Part shown: piece after piece, positions 9,420-19,203 of the stretch
How positions within the stretch are numbered: position 1 is the stretch's first letter
Layout: every line of letters begins with the position of its first letter
Assembly: GCA_963786935.1 (NCBI GenBank)
Contig: CAWBAN010000001.1
Location: 640,001 to 704,000, forward strand
Origin: an uncultured bacterium
Lineage (GTDB): Bacteria; Krumholzibacteriota; Krumholzibacteriia; Krumholzibacteriales; Krumholzibacteriaceae
Length of the DNA: 64,000 nt
Direction: 5' to 3'
The notes under the pieces: model-generated
Seen by the model: only the letters and a program-made list of their open reading frames with translations
Databases searched by the model: none
Told to the model about the DNA's origin: nothing
Made by a program: the position numbers and the translations under genes

Positions 9420-10547
9420 ATGATGGGTTGTACGGAGGCGGCGCGGCTCTGGCTCGAGATCTTTCTCGCGCGCGGGGCGCGTCCGGACGCGTGGATTTCG
9501 CTCGCGCTCGGCAGCTCGCTCGAAGAGGTCGCCGGCCTGCTCGGGAGCGAGGCGGAACGGGAGCGTTTGAGCAGGATTCTCGCCCGCCGGATCGAGCCGG
9601 CCGATCGCTCATTCCTCGAGGAGCAGCTCGCGCGGATCGAGCGCGAGGGATGGGGGCTCGTTTCACTGTCGGACGAATCGTATCCGCCCCTGCTCCGGCA
9701 CATCCCCGATCCGCCGCCGGTCCTGTTCTGCGCGGGGAATCCGGCCGCGCTGGCGCGGATGACGATCTGCGTCGTCGGCTCGCGGCGGAGCTCGAGACAC
9801 GGCCTCGCGAACGCCGCGAACATCGCCCGGGAGCTCTCCGAGCGGGGCGTGCACGTCGTGAGCGGGCTCGCGCGCGGGATCGACGCCGCGGCCCACGAGG
9901 GGGCGCTCCTCGCGGACGGGGGGACGTCGGCGGTGCTCGGATGCGGGATCGACGTCGTGTATCCCGCGGAGCACCTCGCGCTCTTCGGGAGAATCGCGGA
10001 GCGGGGATGCGTCGTCTCGGAGTTTCCACTCGGAACGCCCCCGCTGAAGCACCACTTTCCCCGGCGAAACAGAATCCTGAGCGGCCTCTCGCTCGGCGTC
10101 GTGGTCGTCGAAGCGGATATCGGCAGCGGCGCCATGGGAACCGCCCAGTGGGCGGGTGAGCAGGGGCGGGAGGTTTTCGCGGTGCCGGGGCCGATCGATT
10201 ATCCGGGCAGCAGGGGGCCGCACCGGCTCATCCGCGACGGGGCGACGCTCGTCGAGAGCGCCGCGGACGTCATCGCGGCCATTCCCGGCCTCGCCCCGGG
10301 CGCCGCCCGGCGGGACGCCGGGGGGGAATCGCGCGCCGCGGAGCGCTTCAGCGACGAGGAACGCTCCGTGCTCTCGGCGCTCGACACCGATCCGAAACAT
10401 ATTGATGAGGTGCTTCGATTTTGTCATATTCCTCCTGCGGCGGCGCTGCCCCTGCTCCTCGATCTCGAGATGCGGGGCATCGTCGTATCGTGCGGGAACG
10501 GCGCATACGCCCTCGCCCGGCCGCTCGAAGGCCCTGACGAACGCTGA
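9420..10547 (+). CDS. dprA: DNA-processing protein DprA/Smf
   Basis: YPPLLRHIPDPPPVLF, VSGLARGIDAAAH, FPRRNRILSGLS, GREVFAVPG and a C-terminal winged helix; GGAGG RBS. Confidence 0.95.
   Translation: MMGCTEAARLWLEIFLARGARPDAWISLALGSSLEEVAGLLGSEAERERLSRILARRIEPADRSFLEEQLARIEREGWGLVSLSDESYPPLLRHIPDPPPVLFCAGNPAALARMTICVVGSRRSSRHGLANAANIARELSERGVHVVSGLARGIDAAAHEGALLADGGTSAVLGCGIDVVYPAEHLALFGRIAERGCVVSEFPLGTPPLKHHFPRRNRILSGLSLGVVVVEADIGSGAMGTAQWAGEQGREVFAVPGPIDYPGSRGPHRLIRDGATLVESAADVIAAIPGLAPGAARRDAGGESRAAERFSDEERSVLSALDTDPKHIDEVLRFCHIPPAAALPLLLDLEMRGIVVSCGNGAYALARPLEGPDER
10402..10430 (+). promoter_or_regulatory. Candidate sigma70 promoter inside the dprA 3' end
   Basis: TTGATG-N17-CATATT with a TGn extension, in a local AT-rich patch. 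Confidence 0.4.
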
Positions 10548-10551
10548 ACCG

Positions 10552-11706
10552 ATGGAACAGGCGACCCAAAACGGAAAGCGCGCGGCGACGCGAAAGACCG
10601 TCTCCGTCGTGAAGTGCGCGCGGTACGAGCCGGCCTCGCTCCGCGAAGCGCTGCGCCGGGCCCTCGAGCCGCTCGGCGGGATCGAGGCGTTCGTGCGGAG
10701 CGGGCAGCGCGTGCTCCTCAAGCCCAACCTGCTCTCCGCGAAGGATCCCGGGCGAGCCATCACGACGCATCCGAATCTTGTCGAGGCGGTCGCCGATGAG
10801 GTCCGCGCGGTCGGCGCCGTGCCGTTCATCGGCGACAGCCCCGGCGGCGCGATCCGGGGCATCAAGCGCGTCTGGGCGAACACGGGGATGGAGGAGATGG
10901 CGCGGCGCGCCGGCATCGAGCTCGTGAACTTCGAGGCCTCCGGCTCGAAGGCGATCCCGTTCGGGAAATACACGTTCTACATCTCGAAGCCGGTGCTCGA
11001 GGCGGACGTCATCATCAACCTGCCGAAGCTCAAGACGCATTCGCTCACGCTCATGACGTGCGCGGTGAAGAACATGTTCGGCGTCATGCCGGGCTTCCGG
11101 AAAGGGGAGCAGCACAAGAGGTACCCGAAGCCCGGCGAGTTCGCCGATATGCTCGTGCATCTCTACAAGCTCGTCACGCCGTCCCTGAACATCGTCGACG
11201 CCGTGCTCGCCATGGAGGGCAACGGTCCGAGCTCGGGCACGCCGCGCATGCTCGGGATGCTCATGGCGGGGGAGGACGCCGTCGCGATCGACGCCGTGGC
11301 GGCGAGGATCATCGGATTCCCCGAGGGATTCGTCGATACGACGCGCATCGCGGCGGAGATGGGGCTCGGCGAGGGGAACATCGATAAGATCACGCGTCTC
11401 GGCGACGCGGCGGAGGAGCGGGCCGGGGGATTCGCGCTCCCCTCGAACAGGGCGATGAAGCTCGTGCCGCGGCCGCTCGCGAAGCTCGTCGCTCCGTTCG
11501 TGTGGGTGAAGCCGGTGATCGTGCCGTCGACGTGCACGGGGTGCGGTTTCTGCGCCGAGAGCTGTCCCGTGCAGACGATCCGGAAGGAAGGCGCGGTGTG
11601 CCGCATCGAGGACAAGCGCTGCATCAGGTGCCTGTGCTGCCACGAGCTCTGTCCCGAGTCGAGCATCGAGATCAAGCTGAGCTTCCTCGCACGCTTCTTC
11701 GCGTAG
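10552..11706 (+). CDS. DUF362 protein with C-terminal 2x[4Fe-4S] ferredoxin domain
   Basis: VLLKPNLL, NLPKLKTH, AMEGNGP; CTGCGFCAESCP and CIRCLCCHELCP. Confidence 0.9.
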   Translation: MEQATQNGKRAATRKTVSVVKCARYEPASLREALRRALEPLGGIEAFVRSGQRVLLKPNLLSAKDPGRAITTHPNLVEAVADEVRAVGAVPFIGDSPGGAIRGIKRVWANTGMEEMARRAGIELVNFEASGSKAIPFGKYTFYISKPVLEADVIINLPKLKTHSLTLMTCAVKNMFGVMPGFRKGEQHKRYPKPGEFADMLVHLYKLVTPSLNIVDAVLAMEGNGPSSGTPRMLGMLMAGEDAVAIDAVAARIIGFPEGFVDTTRIAAEMGLGEGNIDKITRLGDAAEERAGGFALPSNRAMKLVPRPLAKLVAPFVWVKPVIVPSTCTGCGFCAESCPVQTIRKEGAVCRIEDKRCIRCLCCHELCPESSIEIKLSFLARFFA

Positions 11707-11726
11707 GATTTCGAAAGGCGGAACGC

Positions 11727-12665
11727 ATGCACCCCGTCGCGCGCAGGATCAAGCACCGAATCGAGCTCGCCGGCGTGCGCCTCCTCGTCGCGCTGCCGCG
11801 CGCGTTCCCGCTCAGGACGTCGATCAGGCTCGGCGGCACGCTCGGGCTCTTCTTCTTCGACGTGGTCCGGATGCGGCGCCGCGTGACTCTCGAGAATCTC
11901 GACCGCGCGTTCGGAGATACGCTCGACGCGCGCGAGAAGGTCCGCATCGGCCGCGCCTCGTACGTCAACTTCGCGAAATCGATCATCGAGTTCGCTTCCC
12001 TCGCCCGCCTCGGGAAGGACGACTATCCGCGGATCGTCCGGTTTCGGGGCATCGAGAACCTGCGGGATCCGGTCGGGCAGGGTCGCGGGGTGATCGCCGT
12101 GACGGGGCATTTCGGCAGCTGGGAGCTCCTCGGCGGCGCCGTCGCCTCGTGCGGGCTGCCCGCCGATTTTCTCGTCGGCGAGCAGCAGAACAGCCTCGTG
12201 AACGATCTGATGAACGATCTGCGTCGGTCGGCCGGGATCGGCATCATCGAGCGCGGCGTCGCCGCGCGCGGCGTGTTCGATTCGCTCAAGAAGGGACGGA
12301 TCGTCGCCCTTCTCGCCGATCAGGACGCGCGCAAGGCCGGCGTCTTCGTCGATTTCTTCGGTACGCCCGCCTCCACGTTCCAGGGGCCGGCGCAGTTCGC
12401 GGTCCGCACGGGAGCGCCGCTCGTCTGCTGCGCGATCGTGCGCGGGGCGGACGAGACGCACGAGGCGATTCTGTTCCCGCCGATCTATCCGCGCCCGGGC
12501 GCGGAGCGCGACGCGGAGGTGCTTCGCCTCACGCAGGCGCATGTGAAGGTTCTGGAGGAGTGCGTGCGCCGACATCCCGAGCAGTACTTCTGGGCGCACC
12601 GCCGCTGGAAGACGAGCCCCCCGCTCAGCCCTTCGACGACTTCTTCTCCTGCCCCGGGCCGGTGA
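11727..12665 (+). CDS. lpxL: Lipid A late acyltransferase (LpxL/HtrB family)
   Basis: GHFGSWEL, LADQDA, VFVDFFG and PEQYFWAHRRWKT. Confidence 0.88.
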   Translation: MHPVARRIKHRIELAGVRLLVALPRAFPLRTSIRLGGTLGLFFFDVVRMRRRVTLENLDRAFGDTLDAREKVRIGRASYVNFAKSIIEFASLARLGKDDYPRIVRFRGIENLRDPVGQGRGVIAVTGHFGSWELLGGAVASCGLPADFLVGEQQNSLVNDLMNDLRRSAGIGIIERGVAARGVFDSLKKGRIVALLADQDARKAGVFVDFFGTPASTFQGPAQFAVRTGAPLVCCAIVRGADETHEAILFPPIYPRPGAERDAEVLRLTQAHVKVLEECVRRHPEQYFWAHRRWKTSPPLSPSTTSSPAPGR

Positions 12666-12978
12666 GGCTCTGGAATCCGATGGGGCTCCCGTCGGGCCGG
12701 TTCCCCTTCTGGGGCGCGACGGGGATCGTTCCGAACGCCTCTTCGTACTGCTTGATGGCGCCGGCGAGGACCATATCGAGCGATTTCGCGGACTGCGGCG
12801 TCATGATGATCCGCGCGAACACCTTCGCCTTGTTGATCCCCGGCACGACGCGGGCGAAATCGAGAACGAACTCGCTCGCCGTGTGCGCGGTGAGGACGAA
12901 ATTCGAATAGATGCCTTCGGCCGCTTTCTCGTCGAGCTCGACCGGGATCGGTTGCTGCGGTTGATGCTGCTTCTCCAT
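12625..12978 (-). CDS. DUF3467 family protein
   Basis: AEGIYSNF...SEFVLDF...KVFARIIMTPQSAK; RBS AAGGAG. Confidence 0.85.
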   Translation of the reverse strand: MEKQHQPQQPIPVELDEKAAEGIYSNFVLTAHTASEFVLDFARVVPGINKAKVFARIIMTPQSAKSLDMVLAGAIKQYEEAFGTIPVAPQKGNRPDGSPIGFQSLTGPGQEKKSSKG

Positions 12979-13075
12979 GGCCGCTCCTTTTCTTGCGGGC
13001 GTCTTTCTGCTATGATGTATCAGCTTTGACGGGGCGCGTCAAGGGAGTTCGGGGCGCGGGGAAGGAAGGAATCCG

Positions 13076-13546
13076 ATGTCCCTCAGATGTCCGGAATGCG
13101 GGCGCGAGCATGACGTTTCGCTCTTCGAGCTCGGGCGGGAAGTCGTGTGCTCGTGCGGGAGACGGCTCTCGCTGAAGGACGCTCACGAGGAGACCGGCGC
13201 CGCGCGCGGCGCCGGCGGCCGGGCGCCGATCAGGAACATCGACTGGGACAAGTTCGAGAAGGAGATTTTCGACGCGGCGAACGCGCGTCCCCGCCGGGTT
13301 GACGGGGAGCGGGTGGCCCAGATCAGGGCGATGGCCGACCGCATCTCCGCGCTCATCACCGGGAGCGATCTCCCGCGGGTCGATATCGAAATCGAGGTGC
13401 GAAAATTCCGGGCATATGTCCTCGATCATTTCCCCGAAAAGGAAGAGCTGTTCAAGGCCATATACATCAATCGATTCATCCGTCTATGGGAGGATCATCG
13501 AAAGGGGGAGGGTCCGTTGTTCGGGTGGCGCAGGCGCGGCATCTAA
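13076..13546 (+). CDS. Hypothetical protein with N-terminal zinc ribbon
   Basis: CPECG...CSCG followed by a helical domain ending IYINRFIRLWEDHR; RBS AAGGA. Confidence 0.75.
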   Translation: MSLRCPECGREHDVSLFELGREVVCSCGRRLSLKDAHEETGAARGAGGRAPIRNIDWDKFEKEIFDAANARPRRVDGERVAQIRAMADRISALITGSDLPRVDIEIEVRKFRAYVLDHFPEKEELFKAIYINRFIRLWEDHRKGEGPLFGWRRRGI

Positions 13547-13594
13547 TCAAACGCGGGCCGCCCGGATCCGGCGGGACGCGCGGCGACAAATTCC

Positions 13595-13624
13595 TTGATT
13601 AGCCCTCGCGATGTGCGGTATATT
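13595..13624 (+). promoter_or_regulatory. Candidate sigma70 promoter for rfaE1-rfaE2
   Basis: TTGATT-N18-TATATT in an AT-rich intergenic region. Confidence 0.45.
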
Positions 13625-13702
13625 CCCGAAAGTATAAACTATAGTGAAAGAGACAGTTCGCCCCTCCGTCCGGGAATCAGCCGGAGAACCGAGCGTCTGT
13701 TG

Positions 13703-14674
13703 ATGCGAAAGAGCAGAGTGAGAGAAATTTGCCGCGCGATGCGGCGCGCGCGGGTCGCCGTCGTCGGCGACATCATGCTCGACCGCTACATCTGGGGATC
13801 GGTCGACCGGATCAGCCCCGAGGCTCCCGTCCCCGTCGTCGCCGTCGCCGATACGACGATCCGTCCCGGCGGGGCGGCGAATGTGGCGTGGAATCTCCTG
13901 TCCCTCGGCGTGAAGGCGTCGCTCGCCGGCGTCGTGGGCCGCGACCGGTCGGGGGACGAGCTCAAGAGCCTTCTGAAGAGCAAGGGCCTGTCCCCGGCGT
14001 CGATTCTCTCGGATGCGCATCGTCCGACGACCGAGAAGATCCGTATCATCGCCCACAGCCAGCAGGTGGTCCGGGCCGATTTCGAGCTGATAGAGCCGAT
14101 GCGGGATGAGCTGCTCGCGAAGCTGCTCGCCGCCGTGCGGCGCGCGGCCGCCGGGGCCGATGCGGTCATCGTGTCCGATTACGGGAAGGGCGTCGTCACC
14201 GGGGATGTCATGGATCTCGTGCGGTCGCTCTGCGCTCGCCGCGGCGTTCCGTTCCTCATCGATCCGAAGGAGGGGCACTTTTCGCTCTATCGCGGCGCCT
14301 ACGCGGTCACGCCGAACAAGAAGGAAGCGGGGGGGTTCTACAACAGGCGGATCAGGAGCGACGAGGATCTCGCGTTCGTCGGAACGTCGCTGCTCCGCGA
14401 CCTCGAAGCGGCGGCCGTTCTCATCACGCGGGGGGAAGAGGGGATGACCCTGTTCCGGAGGGGCGGTCGCCCGCGGCATTTCCCCGCGCGGGCGAGCGAA
14501 GTGTACGACGTGACGGGAGCCGGAGACACCGTGATCAGCGTGCTCGCCGCGGGGCTCGCCGCCGGGGGCTCGATTCACGAGTCGATCGGGATCGCGAACG
14601 TGGCGGCGGGGATCGTCATCAGGGAACTCGGAACCGCGGCCGTCACGCCCGCGGAGCTCGAGGCGGCGTTCTAG
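13703..14674 (+). CDS. rfaE1: D-glycero-beta-D-manno-heptose-7-phosphate kinase (HldE domain I)
   Basis: [42 protein letters not shown]. Confidence 0.95.
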   Translation: MRKSRVREICRAMRRARVAVVGDIMLDRYIWGSVDRISPEAPVPVVAVADTTIRPGGAANVAWNLLSLGVKASLAGVVGRDRSGDELKSLLKSKGLSPASILSDAHRPTTEKIRIIAHSQQVVRADFELIEPMRDELLAKLLAAVRRAAAGADAVIVSDYGKGVVTGDVMDLVRSLCARRGVPFLIDPKEGHFSLYRGAYAVTPNKKEAGGFYNRRIRSDEDLAFVGTSLLRDLEAAAVLITRGEEGMTLFRRGGRPRHFPARASEVYDVTGAGDTVISVLAAGLAAGGSIHESIGIANVAAGIVIRELGTAAVTPAELEAAF

Positions 14675-14684
14675 GAGCGTTCGA

Positions 14685-15158
14685 ATGGCCGACGTGCGAG
14701 ACAAGATGCTTTCCCGGGGCGCGCTCGGGCCTTTCAGGGCGCGGAGCGGGAGGAAGCGCATCGTCTTCACGAACGGGTGCTTCGATATTCTGCACCGGGG
14801 GCATGTCGAGCTCCTCCGCAGGGCGAAGAGCTACGGCGACGTGCTCGTCGTCGGCCTCAACTCGGACGCGTCGGTCCGGCGACTCAAGGGACGCCGGCGT
14901 CCCCTCGTGCGGGAGCGGGACCGGGCGTTCGTGCTCGCGGCGCTCGAGGCGGTCGACCGGATCGTCATCTTCGACGAAGACACGCCGCTCGAGACGATTC
15001 TCGCGCTCGAGCCCGACGTGCTCGTCAAGGGATCCGAGTACGGAAAGGGGCACATCGTGGGCGCGGACATCGTCGAGGGACGAGGCGGCCGCGTCGTCCG
15101 CGTGCCGATGAAGAAGGGTTTTTCGACGTCGTCTTTGATCGAGAAAATACGGAGGTGA
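14685..15158 (+). CDS. rfaE2: D-glycero-beta-D-manno-heptose-1-phosphate adenylyltransferase (HldE domain II)
   Basis: [43 protein letters not shown]. Confidence 0.95.
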   Translation: MADVRDKMLSRGALGPFRARSGRKRIVFTNGCFDILHRGHVELLRRAKSYGDVLVVGLNSDASVRRLKGRRRPLVRERDRAFVLAALEAVDRIVIFDEDTPLETILALEPDVLVKGSEYGKGHIVGADIVEGRGGRVVRVPMKKGFSTSSLIEKIRR

Positions 15159-15169
15159 GCGTTTCCTTT

Positions 15170-16489
15170 ATGAAGCGTAAAAGAATCGTCATCATGGGCG
15201 CCGCGGGGCGAGATTTCCATAATTTCAACACGCTCTATCGGGGGAGGAAGGACGTCGAGGTCGTCGCCTTCACGGCCACCCAGATCCCCGATATCGAAGG
15301 GAGGAAATACCCCGCCTCCCTCGCGGGAGCGCTCTACCCCAAGGGGATTCCGATCGTCGCCGAGTCCGAGCTCGCCGGGCTCATCGTGAAGCACGCCGTC
15401 GACGAGGTGATGTTCGCGTACAGCGACGTCTCGAACCAGTACGTCATGGAGAAGGCCGCGCTCGTGAACTCCCTCGGCGCGCATTTCACCCTCGCCGGCG
15501 CCGCGCCGACGATGGTCAAGAGCGTGAAGCCGCTCATCTCGATCTGCGCGGTGCGCACGGGGAGCGGCAAGAGCCAGACGACGCGCCGGGTCGCCGACAT
15601 CCTCATCGAGGCGGGGTACAAGGTCGTCGCGATCAGGCATCCGATGCCCTACGGCAATCTCGCGAAGCAGAAGGTCCAGCGGTTCGCCACGCTCGACGAC
15701 CTCGCGAAGCACGAGTGCACGATCGAGGAGATCGAGGAGTACGAGCCGCATATCGTGAAGGGCGTCATCATCTACGCCGGCGTCGATTACGAGGCGATCC
15801 TCCGGCAGGCGGAGAAGGAAGCGGACGTCGTCCTGTGGGACGGCGGCAACAACGATCTGCCGTTCTACAAGCCGGACCTCAACATCGTCGTCGCCGATCC
15901 GCACCGCCCCGGGCACGAGCTCACGTACTATCCGGGACGCGCGAACATACTCATGGCGGACGCGATCGTCATCAACAAGATCGACACGGCGGACCTGGCC
16001 GGCGTCGAGCAGGTCAGGGCGAACATCATGGCGCTCAACCCCCGCGCGATCGTGATCGACGGCGCCTCGCCCATCCGCGTCGACCACGCCGAGCGGATCA
16101 AGGGGAAGCGCGTGCTCTGCGTGGAGGACGGCCCGACGCTCACGCACGGCGGCATGAAGTACGGCGCCGCGATCATGGCGGCCCGGAAATACCACGCGAA
16201 AGAGATCGTCGACCCGAGGCCCTACGTCACCGGCACGATCGCGAAGACGTTCGTGAAGTATCCGGACATCGGCGTGCTGCTGCCGGCGATGGGGTACGGC
16301 GCCGAGCAGGTGAAGGATCTCCAGAAGACGATCTCGCGCGTTCCCTGCGATCTCGTGATCATCGGAACGCCGATCGATCTTCAGCGATACGTCAAGATTC
16401 CGCAGCCCTCGCTCAGGGTGATGTACGATCTGCAGGAGATCGGGCGCCCCGACCTGCGGGACGTGATCGGCAAGTATATGAAGATATAA
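15170..16489 (+). CDS. COG2403 P-loop protein (often annotated cyclic 2,3-diphosphoglycerate synthetase-like or GTPase; candidate arginine synthetase)
   Basis: GAAGRDFHNFN, AFTATQIP, AVRTGSGKSQT, RHPMPYG, WDGGNND, VEDGPTLTHGGM, LPAMGY. Confidence 0.85.
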   Translation: MKRKRIVIMGAAGRDFHNFNTLYRGRKDVEVVAFTATQIPDIEGRKYPASLAGALYPKGIPIVAESELAGLIVKHAVDEVMFAYSDVSNQYVMEKAALVNSLGAHFTLAGAAPTMVKSVKPLISICAVRTGSGKSQTTRRVADILIEAGYKVVAIRHPMPYGNLAKQKVQRFATLDDLAKHECTIEEIEEYEPHIVKGVIIYAGVDYEAILRQAEKEADVVLWDGGNNDLPFYKPDLNIVVADPHRPGHELTYYPGRANILMADAIVINKIDTADLAGVEQVRANIMALNPRAIVIDGASPIRVDHAERIKGKRVLCVEDGPTLTHGGMKYGAAIMAARKYHAKEIVDPRPYVTGTIAKTFVKYPDIGVLLPAMGYGAEQVKDLQKTISRVPCDLVIIGTPIDLQRYVKIPQPSLRVMYDLQEIGRPDLRDVIGKYMKI

Positions 16490-16550
16490 AGCGATACATT
16501 ATATTATCGTTGTAATAGATTGTCTATTAAGTATTTAATGGAGGTGTGGC

Positions 16551-17684
16551 TTGAAGGTCCATGAAGCTGATGCCCGCGCTCTGTTCGCGAAGTCCGGACT
16601 GCCCGTTCCGCCGAGCCGCCTCGCGCTGAACGCCGAGGAAGCGGGAAAAGCGGCGGCGGAGATCGGCTGCCCCGTGGTCGTCAAGGCGCAGGTCCTTGTC
16701 GGGGGACGCGGAAAGGCGGGCGGGGTCAAGCTCGCCGCGACTCCCGACGAAGCCGCCGCCAAGGCGAAGGCCATCATCGGAATGGACATCAAGGGAATCA
16801 GGGTGGAGAAGGTCCTCGTCGCGCGGGCCGTCGACATCGCGAGCGAGTTCTACGCGGGCATCGTGATCGACCGGCGGAGTCGCAAGCCGCTCCTGATGGT
16901 GTCGCCGGCCGGGGGGATCGACATCGAGGAGGTTGCCCGGACTTCCCCGGAGAAGATCGTCAAGGTCGTCATCGATCCCGCGTGGGGCATCCTTCCGTTC
17001 CAGATGCGGCGGATGACCGCCGCGCTCACCGGCGACAAGGAAATCGCCAAAAAGGTCGGCCCGGTGCTCGCCGGCCTCTACCGCGCGTTCATGGCGGTCG
17101 ACGCCTCCCTCGCCGAGATCAATCCGCTCGTCGTCACTCCGGCGGGAGAGGTCTGGGCGATCGACGCGAAGATCAACATCGACGACAGCTCCCTGTTCCG
17201 CCAGAAGGACGTCGCCGCGCTGCGCGACGAATCGGCCGAGGATCGCGGCGAGGTGGAAGCCCGGGACGCGGGGCTCTCCTTCGTGAAGCTCGACGGGAAT
17301 ATCGGTTGCATCGTGAACGGCGCCGGCCTCGCGATGGCGACGATGGACATGATCAAGCACTTCGGCGGGCAGCCCGCCAATTTTCTCGACATCGGCGGCT
17401 CCTCGAGCCCCGACAAGGTCCTCACGGCGATGCGGATCATCCTGCGGGACCGGAACGTGAAATCGATCCTCATCAATATATTCGGCGGCATCACCCGCTG
17501 CGACGACGTCGCCCTCGGCCTCATCGAGGCGAAGAAGCAGCTCGGCGGCGAAATTCCCCTCGTCGTCCGGCTCATCGGAACGAACGAGGACCGGGCGCGG
17601 GAGATACTCCGCGGCACTGAGCTCATCGCGGCCGCCACGATGGAGGACGGGGTCACGAAGGCGATCGCGGCCGCGAAACGGTAA
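16551..17684 (+). CDS. sucC: Succinyl-CoA ligase beta subunit
   Basis: KAQVLVGGRGKAGGV, EINPL, NGAGLAMATMD, NIFGGITRCD; TTG start after GGAGG. Confidence 0.96.
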   Translation: MKVHEADARALFAKSGLPVPPSRLALNAEEAGKAAAEIGCPVVVKAQVLVGGRGKAGGVKLAATPDEAAAKAKAIIGMDIKGIRVEKVLVARAVDIASEFYAGIVIDRRSRKPLLMVSPAGGIDIEEVARTSPEKIVKVVIDPAWGILPFQMRRMTAALTGDKEIAKKVGPVLAGLYRAFMAVDASLAEINPLVVTPAGEVWAIDAKINIDDSSLFRQKDVAALRDESAEDRGEVEARDAGLSFVKLDGNIGCIVNGAGLAMATMDMIKHFGGQPANFLDIGGSSSPDKVLTAMRIILRDRNVKSILINIFGGITRCDDVALGLIEAKKQLGGEIPLVVRLIGTNEDRAREILRGTELIAAATMEDGVTKAIAAAKR

Positions 17685-17729
17685 CCGGCGGCCGGCGTCG
17701 GACGGCATATATTCGACAAGGAGGACGTC

Positions 17730-18746
17730 TTGAGCATTCTCGTCGATGAAAAAACCCGCGTGATAGTCCAGGGAATTACGGGCCGGGACGGCGCGTTCCA
17801 CGCGAGCCAGATGATCGCGTACGGGACGAAGGTCGTGGGCGGCGTCACGCCGGGCAAGGGCGGGCAGAAGACCGAGAGCGGCGTTCCCATATTCAACACG
17901 ATGGCCGAGGCGGTCGGCGAGACGGGAGCCGACGCGAGCGTCATCTACGTGCCGGCGGCGTTCGCGACCGACGCGATCTGCGAGGCGGCGGACGCCGGCA
18001 TCACGCTCGTCGTGTGCATCACCGAGGGGGTGCCGGTGCTCGACATGGTGCGCGTCATTCCGTACCTTCGCGAGCGCGGCGCGCGCCTCATCGGCCCGAA
18101 CTGTCCGGGCATCATTTCCCCCGGGAAATGCAAGGTCGGGATCATGCCGGGAGGCATTCATACGCGCGGTCCGGTCGGCGTCGTCTCGCGGAGCGGGACG
18201 CTCACGTACGAGATCGACTATCATCTGACGAAGAGCGGATTCGGGCAGTCGTCCTGCCTCGGCATCGGCGGCGATCCGGTCGTCGGCACGAATATCCTCG
18301 ACGCCCTCGAGCTCTTCGCGAAGGACGACGAGACCGAGTGCGTCGTCCTGATCGGGGAGATCGGCGGGAGCGACGAGGAGGAGGCGGCGGCCCTCATCGC
18401 GCGGGGCTACCCGAAGAAGGTCGCCGCGTTCATCGCGGGGCAGACGGCGCCTCCGGGGAAGCGCATGGGGCACGCCGGCGCGATCGTCTCGGGGGGGACC
18501 GGAACGGCGGCCGAGAAGATCGCCGCGTTCAAGGCGGTCGGCGTCGACGTCGCCGCGATTCCCGGGGAGATCGTGGGGCTCGTGTCGCGGCTCATCTCCA
18601 AGAAGGGCTCCGCGAAGCCCGGCGCGAAGCGCGCCGCGAAGCCCGGTCCGAAGCGCGCGACGAAGCACGCGCGGAAGAGCGCGACGAAATCCGCGCCGAA
18701 ACGGGCCGCCCGGCCGGCGCGAAAAGGTACCAGGAAATCGCGATGA
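17730..18746 (+). CDS. sucD: Succinyl-CoA ligase alpha subunit with Lys/Arg/Ala-rich C-terminal extension
   Basis: [23 protein letters not shown] and phospho-His loop KRMGHAGAI. Confidence 0.96.
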   Translation: MSILVDEKTRVIVQGITGRDGAFHASQMIAYGTKVVGGVTPGKGGQKTESGVPIFNTMAEAVGETGADASVIYVPAAFATDAICEAADAGITLVVCITEGVPVLDMVRVIPYLRERGARLIGPNCPGIISPGKCKVGIMPGGIHTRGPVGVVSRSGTLTYEIDYHLTKSGFGQSSCLGIGGDPVVGTNILDALELFAKDDETECVVLIGEIGGSDEEEAAALIARGYPKKVAAFIAGQTAPPGKRMGHAGAIVSGGTGTAAEKIAAFKAVGVDVAAIPGEIVGLVSRLISKKGSAKPGAKRAAKPGPKRATKHARKSATKSAPKRAARPARKGTRKSR

Positions 18747-18786
18747 GCCGGACGCCCCCGCGGGGGGGCCGGCGACGGAGGTCTTC

Positions 18787-19191
18787 GTGGACAGAACGTT
18801 TCTCATGATAAAGCCGGAAGCGGTGAAGGGCGGCAAAGCGGGGGAGATCATCGATCTTCTCATCAAGAACCGGTTCCGCGTCGTCAGGATGCAGCAGTTC
18901 GTTTTCGAGCCGCCGCGGGCCCGATCGTTCTACGCCGTCCACGACGGGAAGCATTTCTTCGCGGACCTCGTCGCCTATATCACGTCCGGCGACGTCGTCG
19001 GAGTCGAGCTCGAGAAGGAGGGGGCCGTCGAGCTCCTGCGCGAGCTCGTCGGCGCGACCGATCCGGCGAAAGCGCGTCCGGGCACGATCAGGTACATGTA
19101 CGGCACCGATCTGCAGCGGAATGCGGTGCACGCGTCCGATTCGCGGGAATCCGCGGAAAAAGAGCTTGCCATCGTATTTCATGAAAAATAA
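18787..19191 (+). CDS. ndk: Nucleoside diphosphate kinase
   Basis: RTFLMIKPEAV, GATDP, PGTIR, NAVHASDS. Confidence 0.96.
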   Translation: MDRTFLMIKPEAVKGGKAGEIIDLLIKNRFRVVRMQQFVFEPPRARSFYAVHDGKHFFADLVAYITSGDVVGVELEKEGAVELLRELVGATDPAKARPGTIRYMYGTDLQRNAVHASDSRESAEKELAIVFHEK

Positions 19192-19203
19192 TATTATACC
19201 CTC

